From: Oopsacas minuta
Taxonomy: Eukaryota; Animalia; Porifera
Assembly: GCA_024704765.1 (NCBI GenBank)
Contig: JAKMXF010000155.1
Span: 346,692-410,691, forward strand
Length of the DNA: 64,000 bases
Direction: 5' to 3'
Part shown: positions 50,949 to 63,440 of the stretch, piece by piece
How positions within the stretch are numbered: position 1 is the stretch's first letter
Layout: every line of letters begins with the position of its first letter
Translations under genes and position numbers: made by a program
Notes under the pieces: generated by a model
Databases searched by the model: none
Told to the model about the DNA's origin: nothing
Seen by the model: the letters and a program-made list of their open reading frames with translations, nothing else

Positions 50949-52254
50949 CTGGGTGGCCATTAAGTTCTGTCCCATTCTTTGATACAGTATCACATAAATA
51001 CTAATTAGGCTTCCACAAGTTTAATATAATTAAATCACTCTCAGAAACATTATACTTTATATTTTATAGCTATATGCTGTTTATTCAATTTATCTTGTAC
51101 AATATTCTATGGATTGTGAATGGGCTGCCATTGTTGAATTATTTTCTAAAGGTAAATCACAAGGCGAAATTTTAAAATTGCTGAATTTTACATAATCAAG
51201 GAGCAAGTTCGTATATAGAACTATCTTACGTTATCAAAAGACGGGCATCATTCAGGATATACCCCGGAGTGGTCGTGCTAAGTCTATCACTACTCCCAGG
51301 ATGAAGAATTTAGTTAGGGACCGAATAAGGAGGAATCCTCTACGATCCATGAGGAAAATGGCAGCTGAGGTCCACATATCCAAAGGATCGATGCAAAATT
51401 TAGTCAAGAATGAATTGGATTTCAGGTCGTATAAAAGGGAGACTGTTCATTTCCTTTCGGAGACTATTAAGCTGAAAAGGCTCTCGAGAAGCAAGCGTCT
51501 CCTTACTCGGCTCGAAATTGAAAATCTTGACCGGTTTTTGTTCTCTGATGAAAATTGTTCAGTATAGAGCAGGCTACTAACAAACAGAATGACAGAATAT
51601 TAGCTCCAAACTCTTCAAGCATCCCTGAGGATGTTTTGTATGTAGCTAGGACCCAAAACCCCGATCCATTATGGTATGGGCCGGTATTTCGGCGAATGGA
51701 CGGACTCCGCTAATATTTGTACCTGAAGGGGTCAAGATAAATGCTGCAACCTATCGGCAGTTGATCCTTGAACCAGTAATTAAACACTCGAGCAGAAATA
51801 TATTTAGAAATCAACTATTTGTCTTCCAACAAGACGGTGCTCCGGCTCACACCGCCAATATCACTCAAAAATGGTTACATGAGAACATTTCAGGATTTCT
51901 TTCAAAGGAGGAATGGCCTCCCTCAAGTGCAGATTTGAACCCAATGGACTTCTCGATCTGGGCCATATTGGAAGCAAAGGCTTGTGCAAAGTCTCACAAC
52001 AATTTGGACTCCTGAAGAGATCATTGGTCAAAGAGTGGGAAAATATTCCTCAGGAGGTCCTGTGAGCCGCAGTGGAGTTCTTTCGGACGCGACTAAGAAG
52101 TGTAGTCAAGAACAAAGGTGGCTACATAGAGTAGGATTTGTTTATGTATTGCTAGACATATCTATTAGATATATGCCAAGTAATAATCTATAAGAATGGC
52201 TACATAAATAGTTACCACTATTCAGAGAGGGGACAGAACTTATTGGCCACCCTG
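50949..52254 (+). mobile_element. maT-type (DD37D) element, frameshifted
   Basis: TIR CTGGGTGGCCATTAAGTTCTGTCCC / GGGACAGAACTTATTGGCCACCCTG with TA TSD; QQD-37aa-D spacing. Confidence 0.92.
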
Positions 52255-53290
52255 TATATGTCAAATTTGTGAGCATTTGTATGAAATTCCATTAAAGGGC
52301 CGCACAAGGACTTATTTCTCATATGCATCCCTAAAGCCGGCTAAGCTATGCATTTTCAACACACTCAGGCCTTTACTATTCATAATTTTGAAACTTTGTA
52401 AGTCAACATTTTCAAAAATATACTCGTCTCGGTCTATGCGAGCACAATTATTAGCCGAAAACATATTTTGTGGGACGATCAATCGCACTTCGAGATAATA
52501 AGTCGTCAGGGCTTTTTATTAAACTTAAGTCTGGACCTGTAGTTTCAATTTGAACGAGGTATGAGCGGTTGAAGTTTGTAATCAACAAATGTCTTCGGTT
52601 AATCAACTTCCTACTGTCATATCTTGGTCCAGCTGTTCCCAATTTGGGTCCATGAACCCCTCAGTGGTCCACGGGCGGTAGCATGGGGTTGACAGGATAT
52701 GTTAAGAAATGTTTGCAAAGTCGTGCCAAGGATATGTCTGAAATGTGTGAAAAATGCATAATTCAGCCGATTTAGTGATTCATGCCAGAATGTAGAGTAT
52801 GTGCTAGCGCCTTGAGCAATTTTCATGAATTGGATATTGTCCAGTTTAGATAGCCTGAAATACATGGTTTATTGATTCTTTATTCAAAATTGATGATTAT
52901 CGAATTTATGCCGATTATTCGTTAATACAAAGTGATTACAATTTTTATTGATTCAAAAAGTTCTGATTTCCTTGTTGAGCAATTAGCCTGTCTCAAATTT
53001 TACATTCCTCCAAATGTCTATAACCGTGATCCATACGAATCTAGTCCAAATTGGTCTGAAAACGTTTATTCAGCAACCGTTTGGATATGTAGGCCTGTAA
53101 TATATACACATTTCTATTTCATCGACTAATTGCAGAGTGTATATATATTGTGAAAATTTATTCTTGATATTTTCATACATTTTCAATTTCAGGATATTTT
53201 ACTTAATTATTGATGGATGAAAATCATTTTTACTCGATCCTGAGTGTAACACATACCTTCTGCGCTCTTAATGAATACAGGCATATCCTA

Positions 53291-55048
53291 CACTGCCTGG
53301 CCAAAAGTATTTGAACATATTTCTACAAATCGAAGTGTTAATTCAACAATTCGAAAAATCATTAAGCATTCGAATATAAGTTTATATGTAGTATTAACGT
53401 TGACAAATACATGTAAATAGCTAAAAATAGAGAGTATATCATATAGTTTCACAAAAATTCTGGTGTTCTAACTATACTATTATGTAATAAGTGATCTAAC
53501 TTTATTCTAGTGATATACATCTTTAGTATTTTGTTTGTGTCCCGTTGGCCTTTTTCAATTCTGCCAACCTTTTTGGCATTGAGCTGATCAATTCTTCCAA
53601 TTCTTTCTGAGAGATTTGTTCCCACTCCTCTTTTAGCATGGATCTTAGTTGGGTTAGAGATGTTGGCAACGCATTTCGTGAATTTATTCTTCTTCCGATT
53701 AAGCCCTATAGGGACTCGATCAAATTCATATCTGGGCTCTGGGGGGGGCCATCTTAATAATGGGATCTTTTTCGCCGTGAACCAATTTCTTGTCCTTTTG
53801 GACATGTGGGCTGGAGCGTTGTCTTGTTGAAATGTCAATATCTTCCCATATTCTATAGAGGGTATATAAAAATTTTTATAAAATGGCCCAAGAATTCGAG
53901 TTATATAGACATGTGAAGTGACATTTTGTTCTACGAATATCAATGGACCCAATGTATTCCCATAATAACATCCCCATACTAACACAGAACCACCATTCCC
54001 TTGTAAAGTCCTTGTTACGTTGTTAGGGTTGAATCTTTGATTACTTTCCCTCCATACTCTAACTCTTCCATCTGAGTTGAAGAGTTTGAATCTTGATTCG
54101 TCAGACCATATAATGTCTGCCCAATCTCTCGGGGAAAAACTCTTACAATTTAGGTAAAAACTCAACCTTTGTTTGCGATTTTTCTCCGAAATATGGAGTT
54201 TCTTTGCTCTCATACAAGATTTAAATCCAATTTCCTTCAGAGTTCTCCCCAAAGTTCTCTTAGAAATATTGATACTAGATTCGTTCACTTGATTCGAAAG
54301 TAACTTCAGTGTTTTAAATCTGTTTTTCCTTACAATCCTTTTGACCACACGTATGTCCCTTTGGAGAAGTTTACGCGGTCTTCCAGATCTTGGAAGATTT
54401 TCTGGATTGCCAAACTTCTTCCACCGAGACACAATAGAATGTATCGAAGAGAGGGAAACGTTTAATAATGAAGAAATCTGTCTGTAAGTATGATTTCCTC
54501 CTCTGAATAGCCCGACTGCTTGGTTACGCAGACTTTTACTAATTTCTTTAATTTTCATCATAAGTTGCTAGTTGTAAATATATCTCAGAAATTAAATAAT
54601 TGTATGAAATCGTATCTGAAGCAAAACAAAGAAAATACTGATAACGCTATACTTCTGTTCAGCCATGGTTCACGAATCACGATAACAATAGACTATATCA
54701 CTGGAATTTACAAGTATATATCTTGCCAATTTTGATTAATGACTTGAGTATACTTTAACTTGTGGTTCATTAATTATAACATTGCATTTTCGACAATATA
54801 TTAATGATAAATATAATGGTATGTGAACGTATTAAATCTGAGTATTTTGCAAGTTACAAAAGATATTTGATAAATTTCTAGATATTAAACACGAGCATAG
54901 ACACCGACTCCAAAGTTAAAGATTATTCAATCAGTAATTTTTAGATAAGTATGCAATAGTCTAAATGCATACCTAAGGTATATAATAATCGAAGTGCTGG
55001 ATTTGTACAGTTAGAATGATTTGTTCAAATACTTTTGGCCAGGCAGTG
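53291..55048 (-). mobile_element. Tc1 (DD34E) element, one homopolymer frameshift from intact
   Basis: TIR CACTGCCTGGCCAAAAGTATTTG with TA TSD; IIWSDESRF and FQQDNAPAH. A G8 run at 53741-53748 shifts WPPQSPDMNLIE out of frame; 34 residues D-to-E when corrected. Confidence 0.93.
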
Positions 55049-55234
55049 TAGTTTGAATAAGACTGACTTAAATTCCTCCTACGTCACGGGATCAGCTCAT
55101 CTAAATACCCCAAAATACTTGTCCGATTACAATCTTTGCCCGAGGAGGGCTGAGTCCTGGCTACGGCTATGCCAATATTGTCCTCAATGCATTAGTTATA
55201 TTCTGGCTATGAAATCTTCTAATGTTTATTTTAG

Positions 55235-55566
55235 GGCATATACAACAAGGAGGCGCTCCATCACCTCTGGATCGGCTATATTCATGTGAAATGGCTACTA
55301 AGTGCATGGATTGTGTATATGAAATGGTTTCCAATTGTATTCAGAATTCAGGTGAGGTAACTGCTATGGATCACGATAGTGTTTTTGTTCTTGGACTGAT
55401 TCAACAATCATTTATCCCTACACCTGTGACAGAGTTGAAATTACTCACGAATTTCGATAAACGCACTCATTCAAAGGTATGGTGGAAGCAAATTCATATT
55501 TTAATGCGTATCCTTACGGACCACTTTGAAACAGAGTATGTGGGAGAGGCTAATGTACTTGTATAA
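55235..55566 (+). CDS. PFK: ATP-dependent 6-phosphofructokinase, terminal exon
   Basis: Acceptor TTTATTTTAG|GG CAT ATA; (G)HIQQGGAPSPLDRLY... matches PFK GHMQQGGSPTPFDR; joins exon 23605-23869 in phase 1; ends TAA at 55566. Confidence 0.92.
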
Positions 55567-55780
55567 ACTTGAAGTACAATGAAAGAACTGAAGTGCCATT
55601 TACATGTTCCATCTTGCACAGATGTTTTCAATTGAATTTATTGTCTATTGGGGTTTCCTTTTTCCTAAAGATATATATATGTATAAGTATAACCTCTTTC
55701 AAAATACATACAATATACATTTAATAATATATAAACTGGAATTTGGAAAACATTCTATTATATTTACCCATGAAATTTCG

Positions 55781-55786
55781 AATAAA
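55781..55786 (+). terminator. Candidate poly(A) signal for PFK
   Basis: AATAAA ~215 bp after the stop codon; weak evidence in AT-rich DNA. Confidence 0.3.
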
Positions 55787-56599
55787 CACTAGAAATTCGA
55801 CTGTTGTATTGTGATTAGCAAATTTATATGTTTAACCTCCAAGGGCTGCGCAAGTTGAGTACGGTGGGTCCTGTTGCAGTTTCATGTACCTCCTATTTCG
55901 CCCCTTAAGTGAACGTTAACCGGTATATAGGTCTGATTGTACCGATGTCGAATATTTGCCACACTCTTTCAAATGGTATTGTTGTTTTTCGAATATGCTC
56001 GTATCTCAGATATGATGCTAAATTATAGTAGTATTATTGAATATAGGACTATACGAATATGCCAAGTATTCGTTCGAAATATTTGAACGAATATTCATTC
56101 GATTGAGTAGTATTCATTTAGTACTTTCTTAACAATATCCATTTTTTCCTAAATAATTTCATTAATTCAATTGCTTTAGTTGGTCATAATTCATGATGAT
56201 TGAAAATATAATCAATTCCATATAATTGTATGAAACTTTCATTCTCAAATTCTCTAGATATTTATCGAATATTACTTCGAAGGTGTGAAATGCTTACTCA
56301 TCAAAGCGACATAATATTTTGATATTATTCTTTACTATTTCGAATACTCGTTTGCCCTAATTTTATTTATAGTCAAGGATCAAGGTATCGTATTGATTTT
56401 GATTTGTGAATCGAGATTTAAACCATTAGCGTATTCGAAAATTCAACTAAAATATTCAAGTACAGTTGAACCTCTATAGTGGGCCATGATGGTACAATTC
56501 TCTATTCTATATATATATACAAATACAAATACATATTAGAGAACCTCTACCCATCAATTCTATTTAATCTAAATTCACCTCTCACGTCATCAATAACTC

Positions 56600-57600
56600 G
56601 AATAAATTTATCATTTGTTAAGAAAGATTTACATATTTGAGAGCAATTTGACTTCTTGAGATATGAAAATACGGCTTAACCGGCGACAAATACAAGGACC
56701 TCAATTTGCAGGTGATATACCATGTATTTTTAATGACAACCCTTGAGGTTAATATACTATAACGGCGTCCGTGCTTATGGATAATAAAATATCTCAATTG
56801 ATCGAGTAAAGAGCGAACACTTGTTGGTTGTAAAGTACAAATGGGGTCAACTTCAGGACGATCTATGGCTATATCTGAATCATTATTCCCAATAACACAT
56901 TCCAATTCATTAATCGCATTCTGAATAAATTTTCGAATCGACGGTAGTGTTGGTGGAGGTAAAATCGAGTCACTTTTTGAAGATAATTCAATCTCATCTA
57001 TTATGATAGCCTCAATTTGACGAATATCATTGATTTTGTCTTTGGATAAATGAAATAGACACTCCTCCTTAAAAAACCCTTCAACAACAAATGGGCATCA
57101 ATTACAAGTGGTCTCTCACTATAAAGTTTGCCTTTTAACAAAACAATTTTGGTAAATACAAATTATCATCAATTCTATGGGTACTCCAGCTCTTAGTCAT
57201 TTCGATCAAAGACAATTTATCAACAATATCTATGAGATAAGTAATTAGAACTTAGTTGTCCTTGTTTCATTATCCAATCGGATTTGGTTCAGTGCAGCTT
57301 GAAAGAATGCCAGCTCTTTAGAACCTATTGAAAACCTCTTTGGTTTTTCAGTTGTATTGGTCATATGCTTGGGACAATTCGGAAAAGACAAGGTACAGCA
57401 GACTTCGTTAGGATGAAACGATCCCGTTGGCGTATCACCACTTGTACACCATCAGAAACCTGAAAGGACTTTTTGAATATCCTCTTCTTGGAAGTGACGG
57501 ATACATACCTATATGACGGGGTAGAATATAGTTATTGGCAAAGTATAGTATTAACTTAACCAAGTCAAAGAAAGCACAGACAATATACCAAATATACAAT
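56600..57600 (-). pseudogene. THAP-domain P-element-like transposase relic
   Basis: VCIRHFQEEDI ... LTKSAVPCLFPNCPKHM (THAP C-terminal half), then LDQLRYF..HKHGRRYS. Confidence 0.55.
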
Positions 57601-58466
57601 CAAGCTATTGTTTTTACTTGAATATAAATATCCTCCTAGCCTGAAGTCGTAAATTCTAATCTTAGGTTTTTACTAATATCAGTCTTATCAAATTGATTAT
57701 AAATCGAATTGTAAGTGTAGTTGAAACCAAACAAAATTACTTACTTTCAACTCCTTATTGTTTTCATAATCTTCCTTTGGTCTAGGAATACTTCTAAACC
57801 ATTTGTTTCGCAATTCCTCGTGTTTAGGAAAGTTGAAAACTTGAGTATAATCTGTATCTCTGTAGTTAGAATTACACCCAGGAACAAGACAACTTATAGG
57901 GGGTTAGAAAAATGACATAACATTAGCTATGTTCGAGATACACGTAAAGGTAATAAAAATACAATACAATTAGTATAGAAAGACTAAACGTATTTAACCA
58001 AGTGCTAGTATTGTAAAAATTCACTTTTTGTTAATTTATGTTTAGTAATGTATTTAAAGATTATGGTTTAATTATGTATCCGTCTGCTCAAGTAATTGAA
58101 ATTATGAAGATTATAACAGAGATTTTTTGGAAAATTGATAATAATATGGAATTATTTCAAGATTTTTATAATTGTTCATCCTGAACCAGGCTTATAAAAT
58201 TATCTTGCGCTGTTATAGAGAATCAGCATGGTGAACTTTTGAGGAGTTGGTGTAATTGTAGTGTGTCTCATTGGGAAATATTAAAGCAACTATTACGAAA
58301 TATTTCTAATTACATTCTTTCTATCAAGGTTAAAACATTAAATGTGTTAGTATCAAGTCACAAAGTCACTAAGCTTAAGAAATATGAGGACTAATGTATT
58401 TGTGACTTCTAGCTTTATCACAGACTTTCAAATCTACAATCTAGACTATGTGAAGAGCGTAATGCT

Positions 58467-58487
58467 CTATCTATCTATCTATCTATC
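58467..58487. repeat. (CTAT)5 microsatellite
   Basis: Direct reading. Confidence 0.85.
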
Positions 58488-58633
58488 AGAAGTAGTATTT
58501 AAGATATTAGCTTATTGTGTTAGAATCAGTTAGATACTTTATGATTTGTTTGTATTTCTATAATATTACATTTTGGAATTATACTGTCTCTCACTACCTA
58601 GTGTTAACTAGCATTTTTGTAGTAGTAGTAATA

Positions 58634-59947
58634 CAGGGTGCGTTTTAAGTTCTGTCCCATAGTCAAATCCTCATAACTTTACTACAATAGATCTTTTACT
58701 ATTTAAACTTTTATACCAGTTTACTATGATCAATACAATTACATAATCGCACTGATTACTCAATATAACCTCCCTTGTCATGAATGACACTTGATATCCT
58801 GCCAGGTAGGGCCTCAACTGCAGCACGGAGTACATCTTGGGGTATTTTCTCCCACTCTTCTCGCAATTTTCGCTTCAAAGAGTCTATACTCTTGTGAGAT
58901 TTAGCACAGACTCTGCTTTCGAGAATGGACCATACCGAATAGTCCATTGGGTTCAGGTCTGGGCTATATGGAGGCCATTGCTCTTTCTCAATAAAACATG
59001 GAATATTGCTCTGAAGCCAGGTTTGGGTAACATTTGATGTGTGAGCTGGTGCTCCGTCTTGTTGAAATACAAATGACCCACCATTAAACATGGTTTGGCT
59101 AAGGTTCTTCACTATGGGCTCTAAAATTAAGTCACGATAAGTTGTCGAGTTTATTTTTACGCCTGCTGGCCCAAAAATTAGTGGCGTCCGACCAACAGCC
59201 GATATTCCAGCCCAAACCATTACTGAAAGTGGTTTTTGGACTCGAGGAACGTACTTCAGATCTGGATCAATAGTAGATGACTTGTGTGATATAATCCTGT
59301 CGTTTTGAGGGTTCAAAGCTTCCTCAATGGTGAAAATCTTTTCGTCGGAGAATGCAATTTTTTTAATATCATGATTTACGTGCCTACGTAATTGTCCCTT
59401 ACATCTTTGAAGCCTCTTGACCTTTACTTGCTCACTTAGGAAGTGAACTTTCTTTCTTCTGAATGAACGCATGCCTAAGTTCACTTTCACAATTTTCCGT
59501 ACTGAAGACTCTGATACTTTGAGTTCCTGAGCCATTTTCCTCATTGAACGCCGTGGGTTCCTACGGATACGTTCCCGCACCAACTTTTGGAGTGCTGGAG
59601 TCGTTACTGAAGGGGGACGACCACTTCTTGCTTTGTCACAAACTTCCCCAGTCTCGTTGTACCTCCGAATCGTACGATAGACAAACTTACGTCTATTAGC
59701 GGGAATATTGAGCAACTTCAAAATTTCTTTCTGAGTCTTGCCATTTTTAGCTAACTCAATAATAGCTGACCTTTCGTGTTCCATCAAATGAAAATACTAA
59801 TACGTGAGAATGGTGTATTGTATAATAGCTATAGGTGCTAGCTAAACAATATAGTAAAATAATCAACATAGTAGTATTAAGGATATGCTTAGAATATAGA
59901 TAATACAATAAAACATAAAGATGGGACAGAACTTAAAACGCACCCTG
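58634..59947 (-). mobile_element. Intact maT-type (DD37D) Tc1/mariner element
   Basis: 27-bp perfect TIR CAGGGTGCGTTTTAAGTTCTGTCCCAT; TA TSD; uninterrupted transposase ORF. Confidence 0.96.
58756..59787 (-). CDS. DD37D transposase, 343 aa, intact
   Basis: N-terminal HTH and RSGRP; FSDEKIF (D1); QQDGAPAH (D2); 37 residues to NPMDY (D3). Confidence 0.93.
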   Translation of the reverse strand: MMEHERSAIIELAKNGKTQKEILKLLNIPANRRKFVYRTIRRYNETGEVCDKARSGRPPSVTTPALQKLVRERIRRNPRRSMRKMAQELKVSESSVRKIVKVNLGMRSFRRKKVHFLSEQVKVKRLQRCKGQLRRHVNHDIKKIAFSDEKIFTIEEALNPQNDRIISHKSSTIDPDLKYVPRVQKPLSVMVWAGISAVGRTPLIFGPAGVKINSTTYRDLILEPIVKNLSQTMFNGGSFVFQQDGAPAHTSNVTQTWLQSNIPCFIEKEQWPPYSPDLNPMDYSVWSILESRVCAKSHKSIDSLKRKLREEWEKIPQDVLRAAVEALPGRISSVIHDKGGYIE

Positions 59948-61439
59948 TAGATTCGTGAGCTTAGTCAGAAAAGCTATTAGGGTACTTCCAATTAACTACT
60001 AACCAGTTTTAGGCTTATGACTTTGTTATGTCTCCCTCAAAATAGAATATTTCTTGCTCTGCAATAATATAGTTAATGTATAAATTTAAATATATGAGTG
60101 CATCCATGGTTCATATACGTTAGTGACTGCCATTCCCTTAGTGCATAGAATGCTATGGTAGTACCTTATTTGTTCGGTTGTCATTGAATTAATATATTAT
60201 TTGACTATCACTTCACTTTTGAATTTTAGGTAAACTTAATACCAAGAATGAGAACCTCAGTAACTTAAGTACTTATTCAATCATGCTATTTTACAGCACA
60301 AATTCGTAAATACTAATTAAGATTATGCTAATTTATGTCAATTTTTCAAATTTTGTATAAATTGAAATTTCAAAGAATTTTATTACAAATTCCGAATTAT
60401 AGAATTATATTTTGTAAGGTTTCGTTGGTACTATTAAAGTGCCTTATTCTCCACTCCCCACTTATAGATGTTCGTTTCTATGGGCATGAACAGATATGTG
60501 CCAAATTGTCCGCTTATAGGCTTCCCGATTTATAGATTCCAAATGAGTTATTTAGGAGCGCTAGACAATCCTCTAGGCGTATGATTTTTGGCGATATTAT
60601 ATTTAGCAGCGTAAAATCGAGGATCTTTCCTTTTACCATAGCACTAATTTACTGATTATTCCGCATAAAAATTTTGCCCGTGGAGTGCTACGAGCGTGTT
60701 CTGAATAACTTGTATAACTCCATATAGATACCCCACTTATAGACTTATAGGTTGCACGGTATATCTGAATTTAGGATATTTGCTATTATAGAGTAAATGG
60801 CAGAAAGACCACTAATTATACAAATATGTAGTGGAACTTGAACTACGAAATATATTAACTGGAAACTACAACGATTTTCTTTACCAGGGGTATGTAAGAA
60901 GTCCATTGTAGTATATGAATTTCAAATAACTCCGTTAATATATTGTAGCTATCACAAGATTCAAAATATGATGTCAGTGATAATACATTCCACATTTATG
61001 CAAATTATATTTCGTCAAAGATTCCAAAAACTCGAGGAGATACAAGTATACTAAGTTGAAGTCAGTGGTGTAGTGGGGGGTTGAGTATAATTTTCCCAAA
61101 GTAGGGTCAGTTCAAATTGATATTTGATATCCAAAATCAAACTCAAAGTGTTGTATTTTCAGAACAATGTATAGCTGACACCTAGATGTTTACCATGATA
61201 TCGGTATAATCATGAAATTCTGAATGAAACAGTCACAATGGGGTTCTAAAAATGGCAAATTTCTCGTGTTATCACGTATTTCAAAATTCATTATCATTTT
61301 TATTCAACTTATATTTCTACTTTCACTTATATTCATGATTTCTATTGATTTATGATGTGCTCGGATAGGCTTGCACTCTCTCAGTGAATCAAATATGTCC
61401 GGTTCTCTTCTGATTCACTCTTCGCTTCTTCAGCTATAC

Positions 61440-63326
61440 CAGGGGTTCTTAACCTTTTTGAAGTGACGAACCCCCTATGAAGATCTGGTGAAAGCTATGG
61501 ACCCCTGTCCAGAAACTGTACAAACTAAATAATGCGTTAAGTTGGCACAATTTTATTATTACTCACATGATAAATCTGAAGGAAAAATATGGTGTTTTGA
61601 ATTAATAGTTATTTAGTATATTAGTAAATGTGTATAATTCAGAATTAGTATGTTATGATAATCGCGAGAAAAAATATTTCTTATATAAATAGAATGCAAA
61701 GTACATGAAACTTCTTTCTGCTCGAAGTGACAGAGCTTTTCAGTGTGAAGACTGTTGCTGTTTTGCTTCAATAAGGAGATGAAATTCTGGGATGATATTT
61801 GATAAAGCAATACGCATGTCATGTTGGACATCCAATTGATTTCTATTTTATGTTTTTATGTTAACAAGTCCTGAAAATCCTGACTCACAGAGGTAAGTGG
61901 TTGCGAACGGTATCAAAGCTTTCATAGCTCGTTTAGCGAGACGAGGGTAAACTTGTGTCAATGAACACCAAGACTCTCCCAGACTCTTCGAATTGAACTC
62001 ACAATGTAACATTTCCTTTGTTCTTAAGTCAATAATATCATCTTTGGCAAGGTCTGAATCATCAATGGAGTTAACATCAGTAGAAAAGTGATTACGAATC
62101 CAAATTTCAACTTTTAGATCACGTGAAGAGAAATAACCTGTAAATGAGTTCTGTAATGTATCCAGGTGTTCGCACATTTCAATCTGAAGAGAGGCTGAGA
62201 GGGGTTTGTTTCTCTCGACTCCATCATGCAGAAGCACTTCCTCCAGCATTGAAAAGTTCACATAGTTGCCTCCCTCGAGTCTCCTCTTCCATAAGCCCAA
62301 CTTGTCCAGCAAAGCTTGTAGCCTTTCAGCAACATCCATAATGTAGACTTCGGGTCCTTGGATTGAAAGATTTACCTCATTCATATGGCCAAATATGTCT
62401 GCCAGTGCATGTTGATGTAAGAAACAGTGAGTCACAGTTACATTAGGAGCTTTTTTCTTCACCAAAGCAGCAAAACCAAGTTTATTGCCAAGCATCGCAG
62501 GTGCTCCATCTGTACACAGACTACCCAACTTTTTCTTCCAATCAAAGTTTTGCATAGCAAAGAAGCTTTGGAATTTCAAAAATATCGGTGGCCTTTGTTG
62601 TTTGTATAAGTGGTTCACAAAATAGAGACTCTTCTTTGATGGCTTCGGCTTGCGCATAGCGGACGAAAACAAGTAGCTGGCTACACTAAGTGATGTCTGT
62701 AGTTTCATCAAGTTGCATACTGAAAGGGAATGGTGTGTCTGCTAGTTCCTTAATGATTTGTTTCAAAATATTAGAGAAAATATCAACTATTCTGGAATGT
62801 ATGACATCATTTGACAAAGGCACTGCTTCTATTTTCTTCCTTTGCTCCAATCCACAAACAAGTTCGACCATGTCCAAAGCACATGGCTTTATTAAAGTTT
62901 CACAAATCGTATGAGGTTTCTTTTGATTGGCGATGCGATAAGCAACTTTATAAGATGCTTCGAGGCAAGGCTTCTGTGTTGGACAAAGTCCAAGTTTTGG
63001 CAAAGTCCCAGTCTTCTCAAATCTTGCTTTCTTTGTATGAAAACTATCCACATCGTAAGTTACATAATCAGGATGTACAGCTGTGAGGTGCTCCTTAAGT
63101 TTAGCAGGCTTCAAACTTCCATTTGCAAGAACGATGCCACACAAAACACACTGAGGCTTTTGTCCCATCACGTTCAGTAATGTAAGTAAAACCAAACGAT
63201 ACATAGGATTCAACGTACTTCCTTTTCTTCGACATAATGAGCTAGATAAACTATAATCTATATTAACAAATTTGCACGGTATGGACTCCCTGAGGGACAC
63301 CTACGGACCCCGGTTAACAAACCCTG
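61440..63326 (-). mobile_element. Buster-type hAT element (copy 2 of 4832-6720)
   Basis: Same TIRs; different TSD, AGCTATAC/AGCTACAC; ORF translations identical to copy 1 at offset 56607. Confidence 0.95.
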
Positions 63327-63440
63327 AGCTACACTCTTGCTGTTTTCTACTATTCTTGCTTTGTTGTCTCTATTCTCCTCATCATTGTTGGCATCGAGAT
63401 TAATCCATGGCCTGTCACTCCAATTCAAGATGCATATCAC
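63327..63440 (+). pseudogene. 2A-like motif repeat family, copy 2 (VGIEINPWP), split upstream by hAT copy 2
   Basis: SYTLAVFYYSCFVVSILLIIVGIEINPWPVTPIQDAYHEQGN aligns with ILLFISGIEINPGPITPSRDSFSEHGN at 42861. Confidence 0.5.

Noticed and set aside
23870-55234. Strand bias of TEs within the PFK intron
   Set aside because: Elements occur in both orientations in similar numbers.
60300-60800. Recurring CTTATAG motif
   Set aside because: Irregular spacing, low complexity and no bounding TIRs found.
61440-63326. Segmental or assembly duplication
   Set aside because: Identity stops exactly at the TIRs and the TSDs differ between copies.
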